The notes beneath the pieces are model-generated. The model saw only the letters and a list, made by a program, of their open reading frames with translations, was not told the DNA's origin and did no database searches. This document shows positions 20,295-29,296 of a stretch of 40,000 bases of DNA, in pieces (the stretch's first letter is position 1; the number at the start of each line of letters is the position of its first letter). A program made the position numbers and the translations under genes. Source of the stretch: Bacillus licheniformis DSM 13 = ATCC 14580 (lineage in GTDB: Bacteria > Bacillota > Bacilli > Bacillales > Bacillaceae); contig NC_006270.3 in NCBI RefSeq assembly GCF_000011645.1, forward strand, positions 1,319,902-1,359,901, given 5' to 3'.

Positions 20295-21201
20295 TGAAAT
20301 GGCTTTTCACCTGCCGCCATACTTGATGGAAATCCGGGAAATTCAAGAAATTATAACGGCTGAAGCGCCTGAATTTGAGAGGCAAAATCAAGAGATTTTC
20401 GATATGACGGACCAGCTTTTCGTCACGACGGCCACATGGGGGCTGGACAGGTGGGAAAAGATTTTGAATGTCAGACGCGAGGCTTCGGACGGCGTCGATA
20501 TTCGAAGGGCCCGTCTGTTAACCAAGATGTCCAATATTCCGCCGATTACAAGCCGCTCGATCGAGCGCGCGGTTAATGCTTTTTTAAAACAGCCGTCCGC
20601 ATCCGTCAGACTGACGGCCGGACGGTATCATTTTTTGCTGAGTGTAAACGGAGAGGATCTGCAGTTTATACCTTCAATCATTCAAACCGTCAATCATATG
20701 AAGCCCGCCCATTTGGCTTATACATTCCGGGGCGGGTTTCATTATGAATGTCGGCCGCCGAAAAGCGTTCATGACAGGCTCGTTTTAAGAAGCAAAAACG
20801 GCTTTTTCGGTACGATACCGGTCTATTTGGACGGACAGTATCTGCTTGATGATGCATTCTACTTGAACGGTTTTCGAGAAATCGACGGACTGCCCCGCAG
20901 GTTTAAACAGCAGCTCACACTGCGCCACAAGAAGCGGCAATACATTCGGTCCGCCTCCAGCTTTACGATAAAGACGGCCGCTGAAAACCGGCGGAAACAG
21001 CAAACAAAAGCTGGCATGAAAACCGGCATTACCAATCAAAACAAAAAGGTCCAATCCTTCAAAATCAGCTGCAAATGCGAACATGAATTTAAGCAAGCAG
21101 GCGCGCTTGAAATGAGAGAGAAGTGGTGGACGCTAAACGGCGCATTTTTGCTCGACGGTACAAAGCAGCTGGCAGCAGCGGCGCAAAAAATCGCATTGTA
21201 A
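20281..21201 (+). CDS. xkdU: Phage tail protein XkdU-like (DUF2313, P2 gpI-like)
   Basis: 306 aa overlapping xkdT: LPPYLMEIREIQEIITAEAPEFERQNQEI...GLDRWEKILNV..DGVDIRRARLLTKM. Confidence 0.82.
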   Translation: MSKIDEMAFHLPPYLMEIREIQEIITAEAPEFERQNQEIFDMTDQLFVTTATWGLDRWEKILNVRREASDGVDIRRARLLTKMSNIPPITSRSIERAVNAFLKQPSASVRLTAGRYHFLLSVNGEDLQFIPSIIQTVNHMKPAHLAYTFRGGFHYECRPPKSVHDRLVLRSKNGFFGTIPVYLDGQYLLDDAFYLNGFREIDGLPRRFKQQLTLRHKKRQYIRSASSFTIKTAAENRRKQQTKAGMKTGITNQNKKVQSFKISCKCEHEFKQAGALEMREKWWTLNGAFLLDGTKQLAAAAQKIAL

Positions 21202-21214
21202 AGGAGAAATCAAA

Positions 21215-21601
21215 ATGGCACAACAATTAACAGTGACAACGCTTTATGCGAGACAGCAAATGGCAAAAGCACGGGCTGAGGGCGGCAAGCTCACCAAAAT
21301 CACAAAAATGGCTTTCGGAAACGGAGGTACAAACGATAAAGGCGAACCCGTTCCTCTGCAGGGCAACGAACAGGCCCTGAAAAACGAACTTCTGCAAAAG
21401 GATATCGACGGCTTTGCCTTTATGGAGCCGGCGAAAGTCCGTTATACATGTACATTGGGAGAAAGCGAACTCGCAGGGGAAACGATCAACGAGCTCGCCC
21501 TTGTCGATGAAGCCGGAAAATTCACAGCGGTCAGAACGATGACAGACAAGCAGAAAGACGGCGACATCGAGTTCGTCTTTGAAATCGACGACATTTATTA
21601 A
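21215..21601 (+). CDS. Phage tail fibre protein, tail-collar (DUF3751)-type short protein
   Basis: TLYARQQMAKARAEGGKLTKITKMAFGNGGTNDKGEPVPLQGNEQALKNELLQKDID; fibre position. Confidence 0.75.
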   Translation: MAQQLTVTTLYARQQMAKARAEGGKLTKITKMAFGNGGTNDKGEPVPLQGNEQALKNELLQKDIDGFAFMEPAKVRYTCTLGESELAGETINELALVDEAGKFTAVRTMTDKQKDGDIEFVFEIDDIY

Positions 21602-21616
21602 AGGAGCTGAAACAAG

Positions 21617-22822
21617 GTGGACATCCAAAAACCGAGACGCTTTGAAACAACAGACCGCGCCCATGCCGACTTGTTCAACGAAGCGATAGATCAGCTGAAT
21701 GTAAACGATGAACGGATTGCAAAGCGGGCTGAGGAAGCTGAAGAAAGGGCTAAAACGTATACTGATGCCCATGCTAACGACCATTCGATTCACATCACCG
21801 ACAAAGAGAGGGAAAAATGGAGCGCGGGGCAGTTATATAAAATAACCGAAAATAACGGAAAAGTCTTTTACAGAGGCAGTTCAGAAACAACAGATTTTAA
21901 CACTTTGACAGAAACCGGCATGTATCTCATCTATAATGAAGGAATCAACTCGCCACCTTCATCAAATCGGATATTTTTGCTTGTCATGAGTTTCGGCAAT
22001 ACCTTGGTTCAGGCAGCTTATGAATCGTACAAAGGGACACAGTCGTATTTTAGATTCAGAAAATCCGATTCAACAACATGGACGCCATGGCAGACCCAGG
22101 AAACGACCAGTGGAGCACAGGCCAAGGTTGATGCTCATGAACAAAATACGAATCTCCATGTGAATGAAGATGAACGGGAAAAATGGAACAATGCACAGTT
22201 ATATAAAATTACTGATAATAATGGAACGCGCACAAAACTGCCGGATGGAACGGATTTATTAACGCTGCCGACAGGTTTTTATTATGCTATGGGCCATGTT
22301 GTTCAAAACAACCCTGTAGAAAACGACAGCTCCTGGTTTAATTACGATGTAATTGAAACTGGCGCTGGAAGAAAGACCATCCATGCGTGGCGGAGCTATG
22401 ATAATACTTTATGGCATGGAACAGTTCACACAGATGGACAGTTTCGAGAATGGAAAAGAGTAGTCACAAACGCCGATTTAAACGTTGCTTGGCAGACTCC
22501 AACGTTGACAAATGGATGGAAACAGTATGGGTCGCACAAAGTCCGGTTTTGTAAAAATATGCTTGGAGAAGTCGAAATTATCGGATCAATAACGGGCGGG
22601 ACGATTGGCTTTGATATTCCTGCGTTTACGCTGCCTGAGGGGTTCCGCCCGATTCAAGCGATGTACTTTATAGGTGTTGCATCAAGTATAGGTACTGGGT
22701 CAATACCGCAAATCCACCGGACACTGATCGATACTGACGGAAGGGTATGCATTCAATCCAGTTCAAATACAGTAAATCCAAACGAGTTTATTACTTTCGG
22801 GTTTAAGTTTAGAGCTGCATAG
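21617..22822 (+). CDS. Tail fibre / receptor-binding protein, paralogue A
   Basis: 401 aa; N-term MDIQKPRRFETTDRAHADLFNEAIDQLNVNDE and C-term TPTLTNGWKQYGSHKVRF...NTVNPNEFITFGFKFRAA shared with the next ORF. Confidence 0.78.
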   Translation: MDIQKPRRFETTDRAHADLFNEAIDQLNVNDERIAKRAEEAEERAKTYTDAHANDHSIHITDKEREKWSAGQLYKITENNGKVFYRGSSETTDFNTLTETGMYLIYNEGINSPPSSNRIFLLVMSFGNTLVQAAYESYKGTQSYFRFRKSDSTTWTPWQTQETTSGAQAKVDAHEQNTNLHVNEDEREKWNNAQLYKITDNNGTRTKLPDGTDLLTLPTGFYYAMGHVVQNNPVENDSSWFNYDVIETGAGRKTIHAWRSYDNTLWHGTVHTDGQFREWKRVVTNADLNVAWQTPTLTNGWKQYGSHKVRFCKNMLGEVEIIGSITGGTIGFDIPAFTLPEGFRPIQAMYFIGVASSIGTGSIPQIHRTLIDTDGRVCIQSSSNTVNPNEFITFGFKFRAA

Positions 22823-22866
22823 CAAAATGAATAGATTACTTTTTCACAGAGGAGGGTTAATATAAA

Positions 22867-23826
22867 TTGGACATCCAAAAACCGAGATCTTTCAGAACGA
22901 CGGACAGAGCCCATGCCGATTTGTTTAATCAGGTTATCGACCAGCTGAATGCAAATGATGAGTCGATTGCACAGTTTGCCGCCGAAGCTGAACAACGTTC
23001 AACTGCCTATACAGATGCACACATTTCGAACAAAGGTAACCCGCATGGTGTAACAAAATCCCAGGTCGGTCTGGGGGAAGTGATCAATAAAAGACAGGCC
23101 ACAAAAGATGAGTTTGACTTGCATCATAACGATCAAACACGGCATGTTACTGAAGATGAGAGAAATAAATGGAATGGAAGTCAAATTTTTAATATTACCG
23201 GGGACAATGGACAAGCAAAGGTATATATAAGCGCCGAAGATGACTTTCAAACGATCCTACCTCAGTATACCGGACTGATACATTTTACGGCAGCCTCAGG
23301 AGCTATAAACGGACCAGGTGCGGCCGTTCGAGGGATTTGGACTTGCAACGCTTTAGGTAACTATGGTCAAGCGATCGCGTTTGACAATGCAAATAGAACC
23401 TATCGGAAAACAATAGCCGGGGGCAACTGGACTGACTGGACAGAATTAATTTCCGCGGAGAGTCTCGAGGCAAAGTTGGCGAACTTAACTTGGCACTTTC
23501 CAACGCTTTTAAACGAATGGGTTAATTATGCGGACAGCACTAAAGTTCGTTATACAAAAGATGCCACAGGTACGGTATTTGTTGAAGGTGCAATAGCAAA
23601 AGGGAAAATTGGTTTTAATATACCTGCATTCGTATTGCCGAAAGGATATCGGCCGTCCCGCGCTTTTCAGTTTGTAGGTGTAGCATCTCAATTGGGCATG
23701 TCCAATACTCCGCAGTATCATAGGCTGCAAGTGAGTGTTGATGGTAATGTCGTGATCGAAAACTGCTCAAATACAGTAAATCCAAATGAATATATCAGTT
23801 TAGGATTTAGTTTTAAGGCCGCATAA
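22867..23826 (+). CDS. Tail fibre / receptor-binding protein, paralogue B
   Basis: 319 aa; MDIQKPRSFRTTDRAHADLFNQVIDQLNANDE ... FPTLLNEWVNYADSTKVRY...NTVNPNEYISLGFSFKAA; TTG start after GAGGAGGG. Confidence 0.78.
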   Translation: MDIQKPRSFRTTDRAHADLFNQVIDQLNANDESIAQFAAEAEQRSTAYTDAHISNKGNPHGVTKSQVGLGEVINKRQATKDEFDLHHNDQTRHVTEDERNKWNGSQIFNITGDNGQAKVYISAEDDFQTILPQYTGLIHFTAASGAINGPGAAVRGIWTCNALGNYGQAIAFDNANRTYRKTIAGGNWTDWTELISAESLEAKLANLTWHFPTLLNEWVNYADSTKVRYTKDATGTVFVEGAIAKGKIGFNIPAFVLPKGYRPSRAFQFVGVASQLGMSNTPQYHRLQVSVDGNVVIENCSNTVNPNEYISLGFSFKAA

Positions 23827-23847
23827 AATATGAAAGAGGGAATTAAA

Positions 23848-24117
23848 ATGCCGGAAGCACCAGAACTGGATATATTCCAAAAAGAAGTTCAGGAGATGAA
23901 AGCTGATCAAAAATCACTCGAACAGCGCGTCAGTACACTCGAAAGAACATCAGACCGCCACGATCAGCAAATCATCTCGATTAACGAAAAGCTGAACAAA
24001 ATCGAAGAGAATACAACCTGGATTAAGCGCAGCATCACAGGCGCGATAATTACAGCGGTCAGCACCGGCATCATCGGCGGCGCGATCGCTGTTTTTTATA
24101 ATTTATTGCAGAAATAA
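23848..24117 (+). CDS. xhlA: XhlA-like lysis-associated protein
   Basis: GAGGG precedes ATG 23848; heptad-rich helix plus C-terminal TM ([62 protein letters not shown]). Confidence 0.88.
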   Translation: MPEAPELDIFQKEVQEMKADQKSLEQRVSTLERTSDRHDQQIISINEKLNKIEENTTWIKRSITGAIITAVSTGIIGGAIAVFYNLLQK

Positions 24118-24131
24118 GGGAGGACATCATC

Positions 24132-24395
24132 ATGAAACATATCGACAAAGGCACGGTCGTCAGGACGGTGCTTCTTTTTATTGCGCTGGTCAATCAGACG
24201 TTGATCATGTTTGGAAAGCCGGTTTTGCCGGTCGCTGAAGATCAGATTCATACATTGGCGGATGCCCTGTATTCGGCCGGATCTGCGGCTTTTACGATCG
24301 CTGCATCGCTCGTTGCCTGGTATAAGAACAACTATGTGACGAGCAAAGGGAAAATGCAAAAAGAAGTTTTACAGAAAAAAGGTTTAACGAAATAA
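24132..24395 (+). CDS. xhlB: Phage holin, XhlB-like
   Basis: 87 aa with two hydrophobic segments: [20 protein letters not shown]...[32 protein letters not shown]. Confidence 0.88.
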   Translation: MKHIDKGTVVRTVLLFIALVNQTLIMFGKPVLPVAEDQIHTLADALYSAGSAAFTIAASLVAWYKNNYVTSKGKMQKEVLQKKGLTK

Positions 24396-24445
24396 AGCTT
24401 CCTTTCAGACTTTCCAGAATTGAATTTGAAAAGGAATGATGAAGT

Positions 24446-25510
24446 TTGGTCAAAGTAATCAATAACTTTGTAAAAGTCAATCAATACACCCGTCCCGGGC
24501 TGAAGCTTGCGGCAGTCAAAGGCATCGTCATGCATTGGACGGCGACGCCCGGGGCTTCGGCATTGAATGAGCGAAATTATTTCAATGGCACATGCATTGC
24601 CGACAAGCGTTATGCGTCGGCTCATTATTTTGTCGACCGCCATGAGGCGCAGCATATTATTCCCGATCATGAAGTCGCATATCATGCGCATGATCAAAAC
24701 CGCTGCTATGTCAGCTTTCTGAAGCCGAATGCCAATACCACGGCTCTCGGGGTCGAAATGTGCGTGGAAAAAGACGGTACCATCCATGAAGAGACGATTC
24801 GCAATGCGGCAGAGCTTGTAGCGGATTTGTGCAAGACATACGGTTTGTCCGCAGATCGGATTGTCCGCCATTACGATGTCACTAACAAAGGCTGTCCAAC
24901 CCCGTGGGTGAGAGATGCCGGCCAATTGTCAGCTTTCCGTAAAAGAGTAGATTCCCTTTTGGGGAGGAAAACCGTTTCCGTATCGGCTGCCTCCACCAGC
25001 CAGACAAGTTCATCGTCGGGCATTATCCTCAAAAAAGGAATGTCAGGCTCTCATGTGAAAAAGCTGCAAACACGCTTGGTCGCGGCCGGTTTTTCGCTGC
25101 CTAAATACGGCGCGGACGGAAGCTATGGAGACGAGACGGTGCATGCGGTTGTTTCTTTGCAAAAGAAAGCGGGAATTAAAGCCGACGGCATTTACGGTCC
25201 GTCAACTGAAAAAGCCCTCTCGGCCGCTGAAGCGTCAGCAGCCGGCAAGAGCAAGACGTGGACCCTTCCCGACGGCATTTATAAGGTGAAAAACCCGCTG
25301 ATGAAGGGAACGGCCGTCACACAAATCCAGACAGCCCTTGCCGCTCTTTATTACTACCCTGATAAAGGGGCCAAAAACAACGGGATCGACGGATATTACG
25401 GAATGAAGACGGCAAATGCGGTGAAACGTTTTCAGCTGATGTACGGTTTGGGAGCGGACGGGATATACGGACCGAAGACAAAAGCGAAAATGTTGTCCCT
25501 TTTGAAATAA
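24446..25510 (+). CDS. N-acetylmuramoyl-L-alanine amidase endolysin with two C-terminal peptidoglycan-binding domains
   Basis: Amidase_2-type MHWTATPGAS...ASAHYFVDRHEAQHIIPDHEVAYHAHD...VRHYDVTNKGCPTPWV. Two PG-binding segments: GMSGSHVKKLQTRLVAAGFSLPKYGADGSYGDETVHAVVSLQKKAGIKADGIYGPST and a second copy. Follows the holin; TTG start. Confidence 0.9.
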   Translation: MVKVINNFVKVNQYTRPGLKLAAVKGIVMHWTATPGASALNERNYFNGTCIADKRYASAHYFVDRHEAQHIIPDHEVAYHAHDQNRCYVSFLKPNANTTALGVEMCVEKDGTIHEETIRNAAELVADLCKTYGLSADRIVRHYDVTNKGCPTPWVRDAGQLSAFRKRVDSLLGRKTVSVSAASTSQTSSSSGIILKKGMSGSHVKKLQTRLVAAGFSLPKYGADGSYGDETVHAVVSLQKKAGIKADGIYGPSTEKALSAAEASAAGKSKTWTLPDGIYKVKNPLMKGTAVTQIQTALAALYYYPDKGAKNNGIDGYYGMKTANAVKRFQLMYGLGADGIYGPKTKAKMLSLLK

Positions 25511-25541
25511 AGGAACTTTTAAAGTTCCTTTATATTTTTTA
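25509..25541 (+). terminator. Rho-independent terminator at the end of the prophage-like late region
   Basis: AAAGGAAC TTTTAAA GTTCCTTT (25509-25531) followed by ATATTTTTT. Confidence 0.85.
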
Positions 25542-25570
25542 AAAATTTTCAAAAAATAACTATCCCACAG

Positions 25571-25592
25571 CCATACTTGTATGGTAGTATGG
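25571..25592. promoter_or_regulatory. Candidate operator upstream of the GntR-family regulator
   Basis: CCATAC TT GTATGG (25571-25584) palindromic arms, followed by another GTATGG half (CCATACTTGTATGGTAGTATGG). Confidence 0.45.
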
Positions 25593-25611
25593 CGGAGAGG
25601 GGGTGAGAGTC

Positions 25612-26289
25612 ATGAAAATGAAACAATTAAACCCGCGTTCTGTCAGAGATCAAATCTATCAGGTGCTGAAGGAAGAAATCATGAAGTTTCGGCTTGTTCC
25701 GGGTGAGCAGATATCGGAAAAAGAGATTTCAGAACGGTATGAAGTCAGCCGCACTCCGGTCAGAGAGGCTTTTTTGCAGCTGTCGAAGGAAGGGCTTCTC
25801 GAAGTCTATCCGCAGAAAGGAACCCGCGTGTCGCTGATCGATCTTGACCTGGTGGAGGAAGCGAGGTTTATGCGGGAAAAACTGGAAAAGGCTGTAGCTG
25901 AACTGGCGTGTGAGGACTTCCCGCAGGAAGCTATGTTTAAGCTGGAGCAGAATGTGAAGATGCAGGAATTATCGATCGCACAGAAAAATTATGAAAGTTT
26001 GTTTGAATTAGATGAAGCGTTTCATCAGACGATTTTTGAAGGCTGCGGAAAAGCGAATGTCTGGGCTGCGATTCAGCAGATGAACGTTCCCTTCCAAAGA
26101 ATCCGCTTTTTAAGGCTTGCCGCCGATTTTAACTGGAACACCATCCATCAGCAGCACGCGGCATTAACAGAAGCGATTCGAACAAAACAGAAGGCAAAAG
26201 CCAAGGAAATCGCCGAAGAGCATTTGCAGCTGGTCATCGTCGATAAACAGATGCTCATTGATGAGTTTCCCGGTTATTTCAAAAAGTAA
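25612..26289 (+). CDS. GntR-family (FadR/FCD subfamily) transcriptional regulator
   Basis: LNPRSVRDQIYQVLKEEIMKFRLVPGEQISEKEISERYEVSRTPVREAFLQLSKEGLLEVYPQKGTRVSLI; FCD-like C-terminus; ATG 25612 after GAGAGGGGGTGAG. Confidence 0.88.
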   Translation: MKMKQLNPRSVRDQIYQVLKEEIMKFRLVPGEQISEKEISERYEVSRTPVREAFLQLSKEGLLEVYPQKGTRVSLIDLDLVEEARFMREKLEKAVAELACEDFPQEAMFKLEQNVKMQELSIAQKNYESLFELDEAFHQTIFEGCGKANVWAAIQQMNVPFQRIRFLRLAADFNWNTIHQQHAALTEAIRTKQKAKAKEIAEEHLQLVIVDKQMLIDEFPGYFKK

Positions 26290-26311
26290 GCGCTTTAAAA
26301 GGAGTGGTGAT

Positions 26312-27328
26312 GTGAAAGCTGCGGTGATGACGAAGCCTTATTCGATTGAATTTCACGACATACCGCGTCCCGAACCGGCCAGCGGTGAAGTCCTTGTCAA
26401 GATAAAGGCTGCCGGGATTTGCGGAAGTGATGTGCATTTTTACGACGGCTCAAATCCATATGCACAGTACCCTCAGATCTTTGGACATGAGCTTGCAGGC
26501 ATCATTGAAAAAACGGGGGCCGGCGTGAGGGGGCGATCCGCAGGCGAACGGGTCGTAATTGAACCGGCGATCCCGTGCGGAGGCTGCTACCCTTGTCGGA
26601 AAGGGAGGACAAACGCCTGTATGAACATCGATATGATCGGGTCGGTTCGCAGAGGAGGGTTCGCTGATTTTATCATTGTTCCAGAAACGCATGTCCATCC
26701 GATTCCTGAGCAAATGGATTTTGCAACCGCTGCTTTGTGCGAGCCGTTTTCAATCGGAGCGCAGGCGGTTCGGCGGGCAGATATTCAAACAGGCGAAACG
26801 ATTGTCATATTGGGAATGGGTCCGATCGGGTTAACGATTTTGGCGCAGGTAAAAAAGCGCTTCGACGTTCGTGTGATCGCTGTCGATCCTGTAAGGGAAA
26901 GGCTTGAGCTTGCCGAGGCATTCGGGGCGGATGCCGTTATTCAGCCTGGTGAAGAGGATGCAGAGCAAATGATTCTGAAGCTGACAGGCGGAGAAGGAGC
27001 GGGGATTGTGTTCGAAGCGGCCGGGATTCCCGCGACGATTGAGCAATCCGTTCGTTTGGCGGCCGCCGCCGGGCGCATTGTCATTGTCGGCTTAACGGGG
27101 AGGAATGTGACGATTCCGGGTCTTCTTCTCACAAAGAAAGATATTGAAATTTATGGAACAAAACACAGCGTCAATCAATTTCCCGGCGTCATTCAATTTT
27201 TGAATGAAAACCCTGAAATAGCCCGGGCTTTTGTCACTGAGATCATGCCTTTTATGGAAATAGAAGAGGCGTTGAAAAAAGCGAAAAACTGTCCCCATCA
27301 GGTCACAAAGATCATTTTATCTTATTGA
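26312..27328 (+). CDS. Zinc-dependent medium-chain alcohol dehydrogenase, RspB / L-gulonate (L-galactonate) 5-dehydrogenase-like
   Basis: GTG 26312 after GGAGTGGT; GICGSDVHFYDG, GHELAG, CGGCYPCRKGRTNAC, VILGMGPIGLT. Confidence 0.8.
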   Translation: MKAAVMTKPYSIEFHDIPRPEPASGEVLVKIKAAGICGSDVHFYDGSNPYAQYPQIFGHELAGIIEKTGAGVRGRSAGERVVIEPAIPCGGCYPCRKGRTNACMNIDMIGSVRRGGFADFIIVPETHVHPIPEQMDFATAALCEPFSIGAQAVRRADIQTGETIVILGMGPIGLTILAQVKKRFDVRVIAVDPVRERLELAEAFGADAVIQPGEEDAEQMILKLTGGEGAGIVFEAAGIPATIEQSVRLAAAAGRIVIVGLTGRNVTIPGLLLTKKDIEIYGTKHSVNQFPGVIQFLNENPEIARAFVTEIMPFMEIEEALKKAKNCPHQVTKIILSY

Positions 27329-27348
27329 ATCGGTGAGGAGGAAGTGTG

Positions 27349-28446
27349 ATGAAAATGGTTTTCAGATGGTATGGAGAAGGAAACGACTCCGTCACCCTTG
27401 AGCAGATCAGGCAGATTCCCGGTGTGGAGGGAATCGTTTGGGCGCTTCATCATCAGCCGCCGGGTGAAGAGTGGCCATTGGAAGAAATTTTAGAAGTGAA
27501 GCGGCAGTGTGAACAGCACGGTTTTCACATTGAAGTTGTTGAAAGCGTTAACATCCATGAGGATATAAAGCTTGGGCTGCCGACGAGAGATCTGTATATT
27601 GAAAAATACAAGCGAACGATTGAAAATTTGGCCAAAGCCGGCGTAAAAGTGATCTGCTATAATTTTATGCCTGTATTTGACTGGCTGCGGACCGATTTGT
27701 ACAAAAAGGCTCCAGACGGTTCCACCGCTTTGTTCTATGAGCACGCAAAGGTGCACACAATCGACCCTTTTGCGCTTGTCGATCAAATCGCCAAGCATCC
27801 CGAATTCACGATGCCCGGCTGGGAACCGGAGCGGCTTGAGCATCTGACAAGGCTGTTTGAAGCCTATCAAAATGTGACGGAGGAGGATCTGTGGAGCCAT
27901 CTTCACTATTTTCTTGAACGCATCATTCCAACCGCCGCACGCTGCGGAATCAAAATGGCGATCCATCCCGATGATCCGCCGTGGCCGGTTTTCGGACTCC
28001 CGCGCATCATGACTTCAGGAGAAAGCATCGGGCGGCTGCTACAGCTTGTCGATCATCCGGCGAATGGCGTGACACTGTGCAGCGGTTCATTGGGCGCCAA
28101 CCCCGAAAATGATATTTCCGCCATGATCCATGCGTATGCCGACCGGATTCCATTTGCCCATATCCGAAACGTCAAAGTCTACGAAAACGGCGATTTTATC
28201 GAAACATCGCACAGAACAAAAGATGGCACAGTTGACATTTGCGGGATTGTCAAAGCCTATCATGAAACAGGTTTTTCAGGCTATGTGCGTCCGGATCACG
28301 GCCGCCACATTTGGGATGAAAAGTGCAGGCCCGGCTACGGTCTGTATGACAGGGCGCTCGGTATCATGTATTTATGGGGCATATGGGATTCGCTCAATAG
28401 AGAAAAACAGGAGGCTTCAAAATGCTTGAAATCCATGAAAATTTAG
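27349..28446 (+). CDS. uxuA: Mannonate dehydratase
   Basis: MKMVFRWYGEGNDSVTLEQIRQIPGVEGIVWALHHQPPGEEWPLEEI...KMAIHPDDPPWPVFGLPRIM...GYVRPDHGRHIWDEKCRPGYGLYDRALG; GAGGAGG upstream. Confidence 0.95.
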   Translation: MKMVFRWYGEGNDSVTLEQIRQIPGVEGIVWALHHQPPGEEWPLEEILEVKRQCEQHGFHIEVVESVNIHEDIKLGLPTRDLYIEKYKRTIENLAKAGVKVICYNFMPVFDWLRTDLYKKAPDGSTALFYEHAKVHTIDPFALVDQIAKHPEFTMPGWEPERLEHLTRLFEAYQNVTEEDLWSHLHYFLERIIPTAARCGIKMAIHPDDPPWPVFGLPRIMTSGESIGRLLQLVDHPANGVTLCSGSLGANPENDISAMIHAYADRIPFAHIRNVKVYENGDFIETSHRTKDGTVDICGIVKAYHETGFSGYVRPDHGRHIWDEKCRPGYGLYDRALGIMYLWGIWDSLNREKQEASKCLKSMKI

Positions 28447-29270
28447 CGGGGAAAACTGCGGTCATCACAGGCGGCAGCGGGGTGCTTTGCGGTGCGATGG
28501 CGAGAGAGCTCGGCCGGCAGGGTATGAATGTTGCCATTCTTAATCGAACCGTTGAAAAAGGGGAACTCGTGGCCGAAGCTGTCCGAAAAGCCGGCGGCGC
28601 AGCGATTGCAGTTGAGTGTGATGTCATCAGCCAACGGAGCGTTGAACAGGCGAAACGCGTTGTGGCCGACCGATTCGGCGGCTGTGATCTATTGGTGAAC
28701 GGAGCCGGCGGCAATCACCCCAATGGCACGACATCAGATGAAACATTCAACTCCGAGCACATCTTCCAGGACAACATCAAGACGTTATTTGATCTGAACT
28801 GCGATGATGTCGGTTCTGTTCTCAATTTAAACTTCCTCGGTTCTTTCATTCCAACACAGCAATTTGCAAAAATGATGCTGAATCAAAAAGGGGCGTCCGT
28901 GATCAATATTTCTTCAATGAGCGCTCAAACCCCGATGACGAAAGTGCCTGCATACAGCGCGGCGAAAGCGGGCATCGACAATTTTACGAAATGGCTGGCC
29001 GTCTATCTGGCCGAAACGGGAATCAGGGTCAACGCCATTGCCCCGGGATTTTTCCTAACCAATCAAAATGAAAGGCTTCTTCTTGATCAAAACGGCGAAT
29101 TTACAGATAGAGCAAAGAAGATCATCTCTCACACCCCGATGAGGCGTTTCGGCAAACCGGAAGATTTGCTGGGGACGCTGCTTTGGCTGGCGGATGAGAA
29201 GATGTCCGGATTTGTTACCGGCATAACAGTGCCGGTAGATGGCGGATTTACGGCTTATGCCGGTGTCTAA
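28422..29270 (+). CDS. uxuB: SDR-family D-mannonate/fructuronate oxidoreductase (UxuB/YjmF-like)
   Basis: NLAGKTAVITGGSGVLCGAMARELGRQGMNVAILNR, SAYSAAKAGIDNFTKWLAV; overlaps uxuA by 25 nt; AGGAGG before the ATG. Confidence 0.85.
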   Translation: MLEIHENLAGKTAVITGGSGVLCGAMARELGRQGMNVAILNRTVEKGELVAEAVRKAGGAAIAVECDVISQRSVEQAKRVVADRFGGCDLLVNGAGGNHPNGTTSDETFNSEHIFQDNIKTLFDLNCDDVGSVLNLNFLGSFIPTQQFAKMMLNQKGASVINISSMSAQTPMTKVPAYSAAKAGIDNFTKWLAVYLAETGIRVNAIAPGFFLTNQNERLLLDQNGEFTDRAKKIISHTPMRRFGKPEDLLGTLLWLADEKMSGFVTGITVPVDGGFTAYAGV

Positions 29271-29296
29271 AAACACGATAAAGGGGAGGCCGGTAC

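Noticed and set aside
21617-23826. Fibre pair as an invertible or DGR (diversity-generating retroelement) system
   Set aside because: Both genes are co-directional; no reverse transcriptase, template repeat or invertase was recognised nearby.
1-25541. LexA/SOS boxes (CGAAC-N4-GTTCG) as evidence of DNA-damage control
   Set aside because: No convincing match noticed in this window; the expected control region is probably left of base 1.
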